Source of the DNA: Verrucomicrobiota bacterium
Lineage (GTDB): Bacteria; Verrucomicrobiota; Verrucomicrobiia; Limisphaerales; Palsa-1400
NCBI GenBank assembly: GCA_049510745.1
Contig: JBEKYR010000003.1
Coordinates: forward strand, 160,001 to 224,000
DNA: 64,000 bases
Direction: 5' to 3'
The notes below the pieces were generated by a model. That model saw only the letters and a list, made by a program, of their open reading frames with translations, was not told the origin of the DNA and searched no databases. A program made the translations under genes and the position numbers. Shown here piece after piece: positions 28,530 through 37,301 of the stretch; within the stretch, counting starts at the first letter, position 1; the number at the start of each line of letters is the position of its first letter.

Positions 28530-29546
28530 ATGAATCTACTCGTCACAGGCGGCGCCGGTTTCATCGGATCGAACCTGATCCATCATATTATTGACAAGCC
28601 TGAAATCCGCCTTCTGGCCAATCTCGATTGCCTGACCTACGCCGGCCATTTGGAGAACCTGGAGGCCGTGGCCCGTCATCCAAAGTACGTTTTTGAAAAG
28701 GCCGACTTGCGCGACAAGGACCGCGTCCTGGACGCGGTGCGACGGCACTCGGTCACGCACGTTTTGCACCTGGCCGCGGAGTCGCACGTGGACCGGTCCA
28801 TTACCGGGCCGGGTGACTTCATCCATACCAACATCGTGGGAACGTTCCACCTTCTGGAGGCGGCGCGGGCCGCCTGGGGCGGCAACTTCGCCGGCAAACG
28901 CTTCCATCACGTCTCGACCGACGAGGTCTATGGCAGCCTGGGACCGGCGGGACACTTTGTCGAAACAACCCCCTACGCGCCCAATTCGCCCTACTCGGCC
29001 AGCAAAGCCGCCAGCGACTTTCTGGTGCGCTCGTATCATCACACCTACGGATTGCCGGTGGTGACGACCAATTGCTCGAACAACTACGGTCCCTTCCAGT
29101 TCCCGGAAAAGCTCATCCCGGTCATCATCGAAAGCCTCTGCCAGCGCCGGGCCATTCCGGTTTATGGCGACGGCTTGAACGTGCGCGACTGGCTTTATGT
29201 GCGCGACCATGCCGAGGCGCTCTGGCAGGTTTTGACCCGCGGCCGGGACGGGGAAACCTACAACATCGGCGGGCACAACGAGTGGGCCAATATCCGCATT
29301 GTCGAACTGATCTGCGATCTCATGGACGAGTTGGCACCGCACTTGGGCGGCAACTCCCGCCGTCTGATCACCTTTGTGCGGGACCGCCCCGGCCACGACC
29401 GCCGCTATGCCATCGACGCCGGCAAAATCGAACGGGAATTGGGATGGAAACCGGCGCATACTTTTCAGAGCGGCTTGCGAGAAACAATTCAGTGGTATCT
29501 GGGCAACCAGGATTGGGTGCAGCGCGTCAAAAAACAGAAGAATTAG
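28530..29546 (+). CDS. rfbB: dTDP-glucose 4,6-dehydratase
   Basis: [50 protein letters not shown]. Confidence 0.95.
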   Translation: MNLLVTGGAGFIGSNLIHHIIDKPEIRLLANLDCLTYAGHLENLEAVARHPKYVFEKADLRDKDRVLDAVRRHSVTHVLHLAAESHVDRSITGPGDFIHTNIVGTFHLLEAARAAWGGNFAGKRFHHVSTDEVYGSLGPAGHFVETTPYAPNSPYSASKAASDFLVRSYHHTYGLPVVTTNCSNNYGPFQFPEKLIPVIIESLCQRRAIPVYGDGLNVRDWLYVRDHAEALWQVLTRGRDGETYNIGGHNEWANIRIVELICDLMDELAPHLGGNSRRLITFVRDRPGHDRRYAIDAGKIERELGWKPAHTFQSGLRETIQWYLGNQDWVQRVKKQKN

Positions 29547-29557
29547 ACCCGCCAGGC

Positions 29558-29574
29558 TGTCGGAAAACCTTACA
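29558..29574. promoter_or_regulatory. Putative enhancer-binding-protein site (TGT-N11-ACA)
   Basis: TGTCGGAAAACCTTACA about 145 bp upstream of the sigma54 promoter at 29718. Confidence 0.5.
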
Positions 29575-29717
29575 GGTTTACAGCATCGAGGGGTTTCCCC
29601 GGCAATGCGGCCCGTAAATCGCAGTTGGCTCAAAAAAGACGTTAGCGATTGAACGTGAGTTGGATACAAGGCAAACGCCCGCTCCGTGCCAGCCATTTCT
29701 CCGCCAAAAGAGAGTTT

Positions 29718-29732
29718 TGGCACGATGATTGC
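29718..29732 (+). promoter_or_regulatory. Sigma54 (-24/-12) promoter
   Basis: TGGCACG-ATGA-TTGC, near-perfect consensus, upstream of the 29831-35078 gene run. Confidence 0.85.
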
Positions 29733-29830
29733 GGTAAAACCCCACGCGGGACCGTTGTTAACGGTGTTTCCGGCTATTTCGCGGTAATTTTGTTTCATGC
29801 CCCGAGCAGAGACTAAAGGTTTGTAAGGAT

Positions 29831-30820
29831 ATGATCCTGTTATTAGGCGCCAGCGGATACGTTGGCAAGACTTTCGCCAGCGAGTTGCGAAGGCGGGGCC
29901 ATTCCTTTATCCCGCTGACCCGCCGCGCCTTCGACTACACGCGGTTTGATTTCCTGTTCGATTATCTTCGCACCATGCGGCCGGTCTTTCTCGTCAACGC
30001 CGCCGGTTATGCGGGCAGCGGGAACGGACACGTGACGGCGGCAGAACGGGAGAAGATGATCGCGGCCAATGCCATCCTGCCGCAGATGATCGCCCGCGTC
30101 TGCCTGATGACCAACACCCCCTGGGGGCATGTGTCTTCAGGGTCGATCTATTGCGGCGCCAAAGTCCTGCGCCGGGGAACGGTGGAAATTGAAAGACACC
30201 TCGGACGGCCCGATCTGCTCGACCTCTTTGAAACGCATCCCGAAAGGTTCCGCGGCTTTACGGAATGGGACGAGCCTAATTTCTCCTTCCGCTCCGCCCC
30301 GTGCGATTTCCACAGCGGAACCAGGGCTTTGGCGGAGGAAGCCATCCGCGACCTCGGTCAAAGTTACATCTGGCGGCTGCGGCAACCCTTCAATGAGCGG
30401 GACGAACCCTGCAACTGGCTCTCCCAAGTGCGGCGCAACGACGAGGTTCATGACAACATTAACTCGTTTTCCCACCTGGAGGATTGCGTCAAAGCCTGCC
30501 TGGACCTCTGGGAAATACGGGCGCCCTTTGGCATTTACAATGTCACCAATCCCGGCGCCATGACCCTCCGCCACGCCGCCGCCGAGATGCAACGCATCGT
30601 CAAATCCGGTCCGCATGTGCTGCCGGGTGAAGAGCAGGAGACGGCCAAATCGCCCAGGTCCAACTGCATCCTCGACGCCGCCAAGCTGCTCAAAACCGGC
30701 GTCAAGCTGCGCCCCCTTTCCGAGGCGTTTGAGGATTGCCTCGACCGGCTGCGTCTGACTTCGCGGACGGCAAGAACATTCGATGCGGTTTCCAGATACC
30801 CGGCCCTGGCCTATCACTAG
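29831..30820 (+). CDS. Paralog of the 26729 NRS/ER-type reductase with substituted catalytic residues
   Basis: Colinear similarity to 26729..27688 throughout, but FHSGTR replaces FYSGTK and SSGSIY replaces SSGCIF. Confidence 0.75.
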   Translation: MILLLGASGYVGKTFASELRRRGHSFIPLTRRAFDYTRFDFLFDYLRTMRPVFLVNAAGYAGSGNGHVTAAEREKMIAANAILPQMIARVCLMTNTPWGHVSSGSIYCGAKVLRRGTVEIERHLGRPDLLDLFETHPERFRGFTEWDEPNFSFRSAPCDFHSGTRALAEEAIRDLGQSYIWRLRQPFNERDEPCNWLSQVRRNDEVHDNINSFSHLEDCVKACLDLWEIRAPFGIYNVTNPGAMTLRHAAAEMQRIVKSGPHVLPGEEQETAKSPRSNCILDAAKLLKTGVKLRPLSEAFEDCLDRLRLTSRTARTFDAVSRYPALAYH

Positions 30821-30919
30821 GCGGGGGCGCAAGGGCCTCGCGGCCTCAACATAGTCGGTCGAAACTTCCCGGCGATGCCGGGCACGCCAGACCAATACCC
30901 GAAAGAAAAGAGTCATTCT

Positions 30920-31843
30920 ATGCCTGATCCTGAACCTGCCGTCCCTGCCCGCCTCGTTTTCCGCCGCCAACTGATCCTGCTGGCGGTGGTCGCGGGGCTG
31001 TTGCTCCTGTGCTTTGGCCGGCCATTGCTGCAATTGATCACGTTCTCGCTGCACGACGAATTGTTCTCGTACATCCCCCTGATTCCGTTCATCAGCGCCT
31101 ATTTCATTTGGATCAACAGGCAACGTTTTGTGCCCGACCTCCTGCCTTGTTGGTTTGGGGCCATTTTTTTTGGCCTCGCCGGCTCGGCTCTCGTCACCGG
31201 GTATTGGATCGCGGCCCGGTCCGGGTGGCTGCCGGCGAAGCAGGATTACCTCTCATTGATGACGCTGTCCTTTCTTTGCTTTTTCTGGGGCGGCTGCCTG
31301 GCGCTGCTCGGATCGAAGATGCTGCGGCAGGTGCTCTTTCCCGCCGCCTTCCTTATCTTTGCCGTGCCGCTTCCGACGGTTTGGATGGCGCCCATCGACA
31401 CGTTCTTCCAATACACCTCGGCCACCGCCGCCCAGGGGTTCTTCGGCCTCTACGGCACCCCGGTGCTCCGGGACGGACTGGACCTGCATTTGCCGGGTTT
31501 CGCCTTGACAGTCGCTCCTGAATGCAGTGGCATTCATTCCACTCTGGTTCTGTTTATGACCAGCTTTATGGCGGGTTATTTGTTTTTGGATCGGTCCTGG
31601 CAACGCGCCCTTTTGGTGCTGGCGGTCGTCCCTTTGGCCATCCTCAGAAACGGTTTCCGCATTTTCGTCGTCGGCGAGTTGTGCGTTCATATCGGTCCCG
31701 ATATGATCAACTCCCCCATCCATCGAAAAGGCGGGCCGATTTTCTTTGCCCTGTCGCTCATTCCGTTCTTGTTGTTTCTGGTTTTTCTGAGAAGACTCAA
31801 CCCTGCTGCGCGGCCGCCGCTCAAACCGGAGCCGCAACCCTGA
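30920..31843 (+). CDS. Exosortase/archaeosortase family protein
   Basis: Multi-TM; VAPECSG catalytic Cys, NGFRI Arg, downstream His (SPIHRKGG). Confidence 0.9.
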   Translation: MPDPEPAVPARLVFRRQLILLAVVAGLLLLCFGRPLLQLITFSLHDELFSYIPLIPFISAYFIWINRQRFVPDLLPCWFGAIFFGLAGSALVTGYWIAARSGWLPAKQDYLSLMTLSFLCFFWGGCLALLGSKMLRQVLFPAAFLIFAVPLPTVWMAPIDTFFQYTSATAAQGFFGLYGTPVLRDGLDLHLPGFALTVAPECSGIHSTLVLFMTSFMAGYLFLDRSWQRALLVLAVVPLAILRNGFRIFVVGELCVHIGPDMINSPIHRKGGPIFFALSLIPFLLFLVFLRRLNPAARPPLKPEPQP

Positions 31844-31844
31844 T

Positions 31845-34800
31845 ATGATTATGAGGATGTTTCATCGTCAATGGCCTCGCTTCCTGGCGCTGGCCTTGTG
31901 CCTGGCGCTGGGTGCCGGATGCACCAAGGCCGCGCGGGCCAAAAGACTCTTGGCTTCCGCCGAACGCGATTTTCAAACTCAACGCTACGATGCTGCGGAG
32001 GTCGAGTACGAAGCCGTGCTGCGCTTGTCGCCCCTCAATCCGGTGGCCATTCGCCAGTTGGGATTGATCTATTTCGAGGAGGGCCAGATGCCCAAAGCCT
32101 ACGCCTATTTGGTCAAATCCCACGAACAGGATGCAAAGAATCCCGGCGTCCAACTCAAACTGGCGCAAATCTATCTCGGCGCCGGAAAGGCCGCCGAAGC
32201 GGCGGACCTGGCCCAAACGTACTTGCAAACTGACCCCACCAATGAGCACGCCCTCCTGGTTCTGGTCGATTCGGCCCGTTCCTCCGCTGCTTTGGCCACT
32301 GTTCGCAGCCAGATTGAAGAATGGGCGCACGGGGGCAAAGACGCCGCCGCCTATCACGCGGCTCTGGGCTGGATCGATTTGCGGCAACAAAAAACGGCCG
32401 ACGCGGAAATCGAATTGCAAACAGCCCTGCGCCTGGATCCCAAGCTCAGTACCGCTCACCTCGGCATGGCCAGCGTCTATTTCGCCCGCAAAGACACCAA
32501 TAACCTGGCGCAGGCGCTCAAGACGGCGGCCGACTTGTCTCCTCCTCGTTCTTCCACCCGGCTCAAATACGTGGAATACAAGCTGCAATTCGGCCCCGCG
32601 GACGAAGCCAAACAAATCCTGGAAGACATTACCCGCCAGGCCCCTGACTATATTCCGGCCTGGAACCACCTGATGAAGATCGCCTACTCCGAGCGCAAAT
32701 ACGATGACTGCGCCGCCTGCGTGGCCAAAATCCTCGCCCGCGACCCCTCCAACATGGACGCCCTCCTGCAATCCGGAAACCTGGCCCTGGCCAGACACAA
32801 GGTCGCCGACGCCGTCAGCCAGTTCGAACGCCTCGACGCCAACGTCAATCGAAAGGCGCCGCAGGTCAAGTACTATCTGGCCCTGGCTTATTTGCTCAAC
32901 GGGGAGACGGCCAAAGCGACGGCCAGCCTCCGCGCCGCCCTGGCCTTGGAGCGCGGTTACGCTCCCGCCCTCCTTCTGCTGGCGGAACTGGACGTTCGCG
33001 CCGGCGATTCGCCCGAAGCGGTCACGCTCCTGACCCAGTTGATCAAGAGCCAGCCTGAGAACGTCCAGGCGCATTTGCTTCTGGCCCAGGCTTATTTGGC
33101 CCTGCGGCAGATCGATCAAGCCTTGGTAGTCTATGTCCGCATGGCCCGGTCCTTTCCCAGGAACGCCCAAATCCCGTTCTTGATCGGCCGCGTTTATGAA
33201 AGCCAGGGAGACATCGCCCACGCGCGCGAAGCCTATGAGAGGTCGCTCGTGTTGCAACCGGGTTACTTGGCCGCTTTGGAGAACATTACGGACCTGGACT
33301 TGGCCGCACAGCGCTTTGACGACGCCGATGCGCGGGTGACGGAGGAAATAAAAAGAACTCCAAAGGCGGCTGAACCCTGGCTCTTGCAGGGGCGCATCCG
33401 CTGGGCTCAAGGGCAGACCAACGAGGCGGAGTCGGCCATGTCCAAGGCCGTGGGACTCAACCCGGATTACCCCCCGGCTTACCTGGCCCTGGCTCAATTC
33501 TACCTGGCGGCCCACGAGGAAGAGCAGGCCTTGGATCGCTTGAACCGTTTGGTCGCCAAAACCAACGATGCCACCGCCCTGATCGAGATCGGCATGATCC
33601 ATCAGGAACAGCGCCAGTTCGAACCGGCCCGCGCCGCCTACGAAAAGGCGCTCGCTGTCAACCCTAAATTATCCGCGGCCTTGAACAACCTCGCCTACTT
33701 GTACTCCGAATTCCTCGGCAACCTCGACCGCGCCGCCCAACTGGCCCAATCGGCCCGGGACCTGCAACCCTTCAGCCCCTACACGGCCGACACCTTGGGC
33801 TGGATTCTCTTCAAGCAAGGCCAATACCCTCGCGCCCTCACCCTCCTGCAGGAGAGCGAGGAAAAACAGCCCAACGATCCCGAAGTGGCCATGCACCTGG
33901 GCATGGCCTACTACATGATGGAGGAGGAAGACCTCGCCCGCCTCTATTTGCAGCGCGCGGTGGACAGCCGCACGGACTTCCCCGCCAAGGAGCAGGCGCG
34001 CCAATGCCTGGCCTTCCTGGCCATCGACCCGCAGAAGGCCACTCCCGCCATGATTGATGACTTGCAAAAGCGAGTGCATGAGAACCCCCACGACCCCATA
34101 CCCCTGACGCGCCTGGCCGCCATCCAGGAGCGCCAGGGCGAGTTGGATAAAGCCTCCCAAGCCTATCAATCCCTCATCCAGCAAAACCCCCGGGATTTGC
34201 AGGCCATCATCAAGCTGGCGCGGCTCTCTGCCGGACCGCTCAAAGACCCCCGCAAAGCGCTGACCCTGGCCAAGTCAGCCCATGACTTGGCGCCCAATGA
34301 TCCCCGCGCCGCCAGCCTGCTCGGCGAGTTGGTCTTTCAAAGCGGCGATTATCCCTGGGCTTTGAGCCTGCTGAAAGAAGCGGCCAATCAATTGACCAAT
34401 CAACCCACTGTGCTCTACGACCTTGCCTGGGCCTATTATGCCGCCGGCCGCGCCGCCGAGGCGGATGCCAACATGGAAGCGGCCGTCGCTTTCAGCAACG
34501 CCCTGCCCACCCTGGAGGACGCCCGGCAATTTCTCGCCCTGCGAGCCGCCGTCAAAGACCCGGCCCAGGCGCGCGCGGCCGGCGCGCAAGCGCAAAGCAT
34601 TCTGCAGAAACAGCCCCGCTATCTGCCCGCTCTCATGGTCTCGGCTCTGTTGGACGAGCAGCAGGGCGCCTCCAAAGAAGCCGCCGACATCTATACGCAA
34701 GTCCTTAACGACTATCCGCTCTTCACCCCGGCCCTGCGCCAATTGGCCATCCTCTACACCCGCAGCGGGGAGAATGACAACAAGGCCTATGACCTGGCGG

Positions 34801-35078
34801 AGAAGGCCCGCAGCGCCGCGCCTGATGATTTCGAGCTGGAGCGGGCCTTGGGTATTCTGGCCTGCCGCCGGGGCGACGCCACCCGGTCGGCGCAGTTATT
34901 GCAGGGGAGCGCGCAGAAATTCCCCGACGACGCCGAGTTGCTCTACTATTTGGGCCTCGATTTCTACAAACTCAAGCAGCCCAAGGAATGCAAGCAGACC
35001 TTGCAGCGCGCCCTGGCCCTGAACCTGCCGGACAAACTGGCGGGCGAAGCCCGGCGCATTCTGGCGCAGTTGAAGTGA
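31845..35078 (+). CDS. Large TPR lipoprotein (PrsT-like, exosortase-system associated)
   Basis: Lipobox LGAGC, many TPR repeats, ALNNLAYL and ADTLGWI motifs. Confidence 0.85.
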   Translation: MIMRMFHRQWPRFLALALCLALGAGCTKAARAKRLLASAERDFQTQRYDAAEVEYEAVLRLSPLNPVAIRQLGLIYFEEGQMPKAYAYLVKSHEQDAKNPGVQLKLAQIYLGAGKAAEAADLAQTYLQTDPTNEHALLVLVDSARSSAALATVRSQIEEWAHGGKDAAAYHAALGWIDLRQQKTADAEIELQTALRLDPKLSTAHLGMASVYFARKDTNNLAQALKTAADLSPPRSSTRLKYVEYKLQFGPADEAKQILEDITRQAPDYIPAWNHLMKIAYSERKYDDCAACVAKILARDPSNMDALLQSGNLALARHKVADAVSQFERLDANVNRKAPQVKYYLALAYLLNGETAKATASLRAALALERGYAPALLLLAELDVRAGDSPEAVTLLTQLIKSQPENVQAHLLLAQAYLALRQIDQALVVYVRMARSFPRNAQIPFLIGRVYESQGDIAHAREAYERSLVLQPGYLAALENITDLDLAAQRFDDADARVTEEIKRTPKAAEPWLLQGRIRWAQGQTNEAESAMSKAVGLNPDYPPAYLALAQFYLAAHEEEQALDRLNRLVAKTNDATALIEIGMIHQEQRQFEPARAAYEKALAVNPKLSAALNNLAYLYSEFLGNLDRAAQLAQSARDLQPFSPYTADTLGWILFKQGQYPRALTLLQESEEKQPNDPEVAMHLGMAYYMMEEEDLARLYLQRAVDSRTDFPAKEQARQCLAFLAIDPQKATPAMIDDLQKRVHENPHDPIPLTRLAAIQERQGELDKASQAYQSLIQQNPRDLQAIIKLARLSAGPLKDPRKALTLAKSAHDLAPNDPRAASLLGELVFQSGDYPWALSLLKEAANQLTNQPTVLYDLAWAYYAAGRAAEADANMEAAVAFSNALPTLEDARQFLALRAAVKDPAQARAAGAQAQSILQKQPRYLPALMVSALLDEQQGASKEAADIYTQVLNDYPLFTPALRQLAILYTRSGENDNKAYDLAEKARSAAPDDFELERALGILACRRGDATRSAQLLQGSAQKFPDDAELLYYLGLDFYKLKQPKECKQTLQRALALNLPDKLAGEARRILAQLK

Positions 35079-35085
35079 CCGGCCC

Positions 35086-35646
35086 TCATTTCATGACCAG
35101 CCGGTAAAAGCGCATCTTCAGGTTGGCGCCCTGCGGGTCTTGATACTGCACCCACCCGTTGGTCGTGGCCGATGTCTGCCAGATGGTGCTCCAGGTTCTT
35201 AGATTGACAGAAGCCTGAACCTGGTAGGAGTGGCCCGGAGCGACGGGAAAGCTGATTTCGGCCGGCGACCGCAACTGCGCTTTGGGCGCCACGTTGAGAA
35301 TTCCCGGAACGATATAGGAAATCTCGTTGGACGGCGGGCTTTCGACCTCGTGCGCGTTATAGGCCTTGACAATTATATAATTGGTCTGGCCCTCCCGCAA
35401 CCCGGAGATCGTGATGCTCGTGTTCGTTCCGGCATTCTTCTGCCCGGTGTAATCGCCGCTGCTCTCACCGTAATAGACCATGTAACCGGCCACGTTCTTG
35501 TCCGGGCTGGGATTCCACACCACCGACAGCGTTTGCGCCGCTTGTGTCCGCCAACAAAACACCAGCAGCAACGCCAGGGCCGCGGCCAACGTCCGCCCCT
35601 GCCCGGTTCTGGCGCTGCTTGAGTTTTTTGTTGCATTCCCATCCAT
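35086..35646 (-). CDS. Secreted fibronectin type III protein with C-terminal RFYR-type tail domain
   Basis: Signal peptide; WNPSPD..VAGY.VYYG..ISGL..Y..VKAYN..ES..SNE FN3; C-terminal YQVQASVNL..W..D..RFYRL. Confidence 0.8.
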   Translation of the reverse strand: MDGNATKNSSSARTGQGRTLAAALALLLVFCWRTQAAQTLSVVWNPSPDKNVAGYMVYYGESSGDYTGQKNAGTNTSITISGLREGQTNYIIVKAYNAHEVESPPSNEISYIVPGILNVAPKAQLRSPAEISFPVAPGHSYQVQASVNLRTWSTIWQTSATTNGWVQYQDPQGANLKMRFYRLVMK

Positions 35647-35659
35647 ACGCCTTTGCTCT

Positions 35660-35676
35660 TGCACCGGCCATGCCAA
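35660..35676 (-). promoter_or_regulatory. Sigma54 (-24/-12) promoter for the FN3 gene
   Basis: Minus strand TTGGCATG-GCCG-GTGCA with correct GG-N10-GC spacing. Confidence 0.6.
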
Positions 35677-36046
35677 CCCTGGCACGTTTTCGCGCTCGCA
35701 TTTTTGGGGGAATTACGTCTCGGATTTGCGAAGCGATTCCTCCGCTCCAGCCGCCTTCGCCAAACGTCCCAAGCGCTTCATTTTGAGCGAATTAGGCGAT
35801 GGCGCAGGCGGAGGGCGCACGGGGCCGCGGGCGGCTCGGATTACCCCCTGCAGCTTTGCGAATTTATTATTTTTTTTGGAGCGCTGGACGCTCCTTTGGA
35901 GTGTCCTCCCACCATCCACCGCGCGGGGGCTTTTCCATTTCTTGGACAAATTATCTTGCAACTTTGCGCCGGGCCTTCTTGACTTTAGTCCGTCAATCCT
36001 GAACCTTTTGTCTGGCGCCCTTGGCGGCGCTGGAAGGAGAAAAAAA

Positions 36047-36703
36047 ATGTTGAACCGTATGAATCAGAAAATGAATCGCGCCGGCCTCACCGTCCTGGCG
36101 CTCTCGCTGTGGGCGGCCCTCCTGGGGTGTCAGAGCACCACTCCAACCCCTCCGCCCCATTCGCCCGGCGCTGCAACCTCCGCCGCCCAGCCCGCGGCCC
36201 ATCCGGAGTCCCTTCTTTTGCAGGAGGGCGATGCCATTCATATCTCCTTTCCCGGCGCGCCCAATCTCAATTCCCTTCAGACCATCAGGCGGGACGGCAA
36301 GATCACCCTCGATCTGGTGGGAGAAGTCAACGCCGCCGGCCTGACGCCGCGCGGCCTGGAGGAGGAACTGATCAAAAAGTTCGGCGATCAACTCGTCGTC
36401 AAGGAAGTCTCCGTCACCGTCCAGTCCTCCACTTTTATTGTTTATGTGACAGGCTGCGTCCTCAAGCCGGGCAAGCTCATTTCCGACCGCCCCCTCAGCC
36501 CGCTTCAGGCCGTCATCGAGGCGGGCATCGACCATGACAAGGCCAATTTAAAGGCGGTCACCGTCATTCGCGACACCGACAACGGTCAACGGCAGCAGTT
36601 CAAACTCAATCTGAGCAAGGAATTGCGGGGCCAGCCGACTGAGACTTTTACCCTCAAACCGCTTGATGTCATTTTCGTTCCCGAAAAATTCAACTGGTTT
36701 TAG
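36047..36703 (+). CDS. wza: Polysaccharide export lipoprotein (Wza/GumB-like)
   Basis: RBS GGAAGGAG, lipobox LLGC, GDAIHISF..IRRDGKITL..GEVNAAGLT poly_export domain, SLBB, LKPLDVIFVPE. Confidence 0.85.
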   Translation: MLNRMNQKMNRAGLTVLALSLWAALLGCQSTTPTPPPHSPGAATSAAQPAAHPESLLLQEGDAIHISFPGAPNLNSLQTIRRDGKITLDLVGEVNAAGLTPRGLEEELIKKFGDQLVVKEVSVTVQSSTFIVYVTGCVLKPGKLISDRPLSPLQAVIEAGIDHDKANLKAVTVIRDTDNGQRQQFKLNLSKELRGQPTETFTLKPLDVIFVPEKFNWF

Positions 36704-36718
36704 CCGCCCTCCACCCCG

Positions 36719-37180
36719 TCAGATCATGTAATCCAGAACCGACGCCGGCGCCTGCTCCAGGCGCCGCGCCCGTTCGCACAAATCCGCCACCGTCACCCGT
36801 TCCATGATCTGCACCACCGCCTGGCGCACTTCCTTCATCACTTCCCGGATCGGGCACCGCGCTTCATCCGGGCAGGTGCAGCGCTCGTAAAACCGGTCGC
36901 TCACGCAACTGACCGGCGCCAGCGCCCCCTCCACGTGCCGCACCACCGACGCCAGGGTGATGTGTTGCGGCGGCCGCGCCAGACGGTAGCCCCCGGCCGC
37001 CCCCCGCCGGCTTTCCACCGCTCCCATCGCTTTCAAGTCGTTAAGGATTTGTTCCAGGAACTTCTTCGGAATGTTTTGCTCCCGCGAAACGGCATCGATG
37101 CGCACGACGCCCTCGCCATAATGGAGACCCAAAACCAATAACGCCCTCAAAGCATATTCTCCCCGCACAGAAAGTTTCAT
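36719..37180 (-). CDS. Rrf2 family transcriptional regulator
   Basis: MKLSVRGEYALRAL, IPKKFLEQIL, SRRGAAGGYRL, Cys cluster CVS..CTC..C. Confidence 0.93.
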   Translation of the reverse strand: MKLSVRGEYALRALLVLGLHYGEGVVRIDAVSREQNIPKKFLEQILNDLKAMGAVESRRGAAGGYRLARPPQHITLASVVRHVEGALAPVSCVSDRFYERCTCPDEARCPIREVMKEVRQAVVQIMERVTVADLCERARRLEQAPASVLDYMI

Positions 37181-37188
37181 TTGAATGA

Positions 37189-37216
37189 ATCATATCAATT
37201 CTAGTAATTCGGTCAA
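37189..37216 (-). promoter_or_regulatory. Promoter of the Rrf2 gene
   Basis: Minus strand TTGACC-16 bp-TATGAT with an extended TG, 8 nt before ATG. Confidence 0.6.
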
Positions 37217-37255
37217 GATTAACGGCGGATTCCCGGGTGATAAAAAAGAATTTAA

Positions 37256-37292
37256 AAATCCCTATTGACGCGATAGGGATTTCTGCTATTGT
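37256..37292 (+). promoter_or_regulatory. Inverted-repeat operator overlapping the porin/sulfate operon promoter
   Basis: AAATCCCTAT-N7-ATAGGGATTT (37256-37282) containing TTGACG (-35); extended -10 TGCTATTGT at 37284-37292. Confidence 0.7.
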
Positions 37293-37301
37293 CGCCGAAA
37301 T

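Noticed and set aside
29677..29691. Minus-strand TGGCACGGAGCGGGC as a divergent sigma54 promoter
   Set aside because: Weak -12 element (GGGC) and it would only read antisense into rfbB.
35680..35695. Plus-strand TGGCACG as a sigma54 promoter for wza
   Set aside because: The GC dinucleotide is off by one from the strict -24/-12 spacing and the site is about 360 bp from the gene.
35498..36046. N-terminal extension of Wza to 401 aa
   Set aside because: It overlaps the opposite-strand FN3 gene and AT-rich intergenic DNA; the RBS and lipoprotein signal support a start at 36047 or slightly later.
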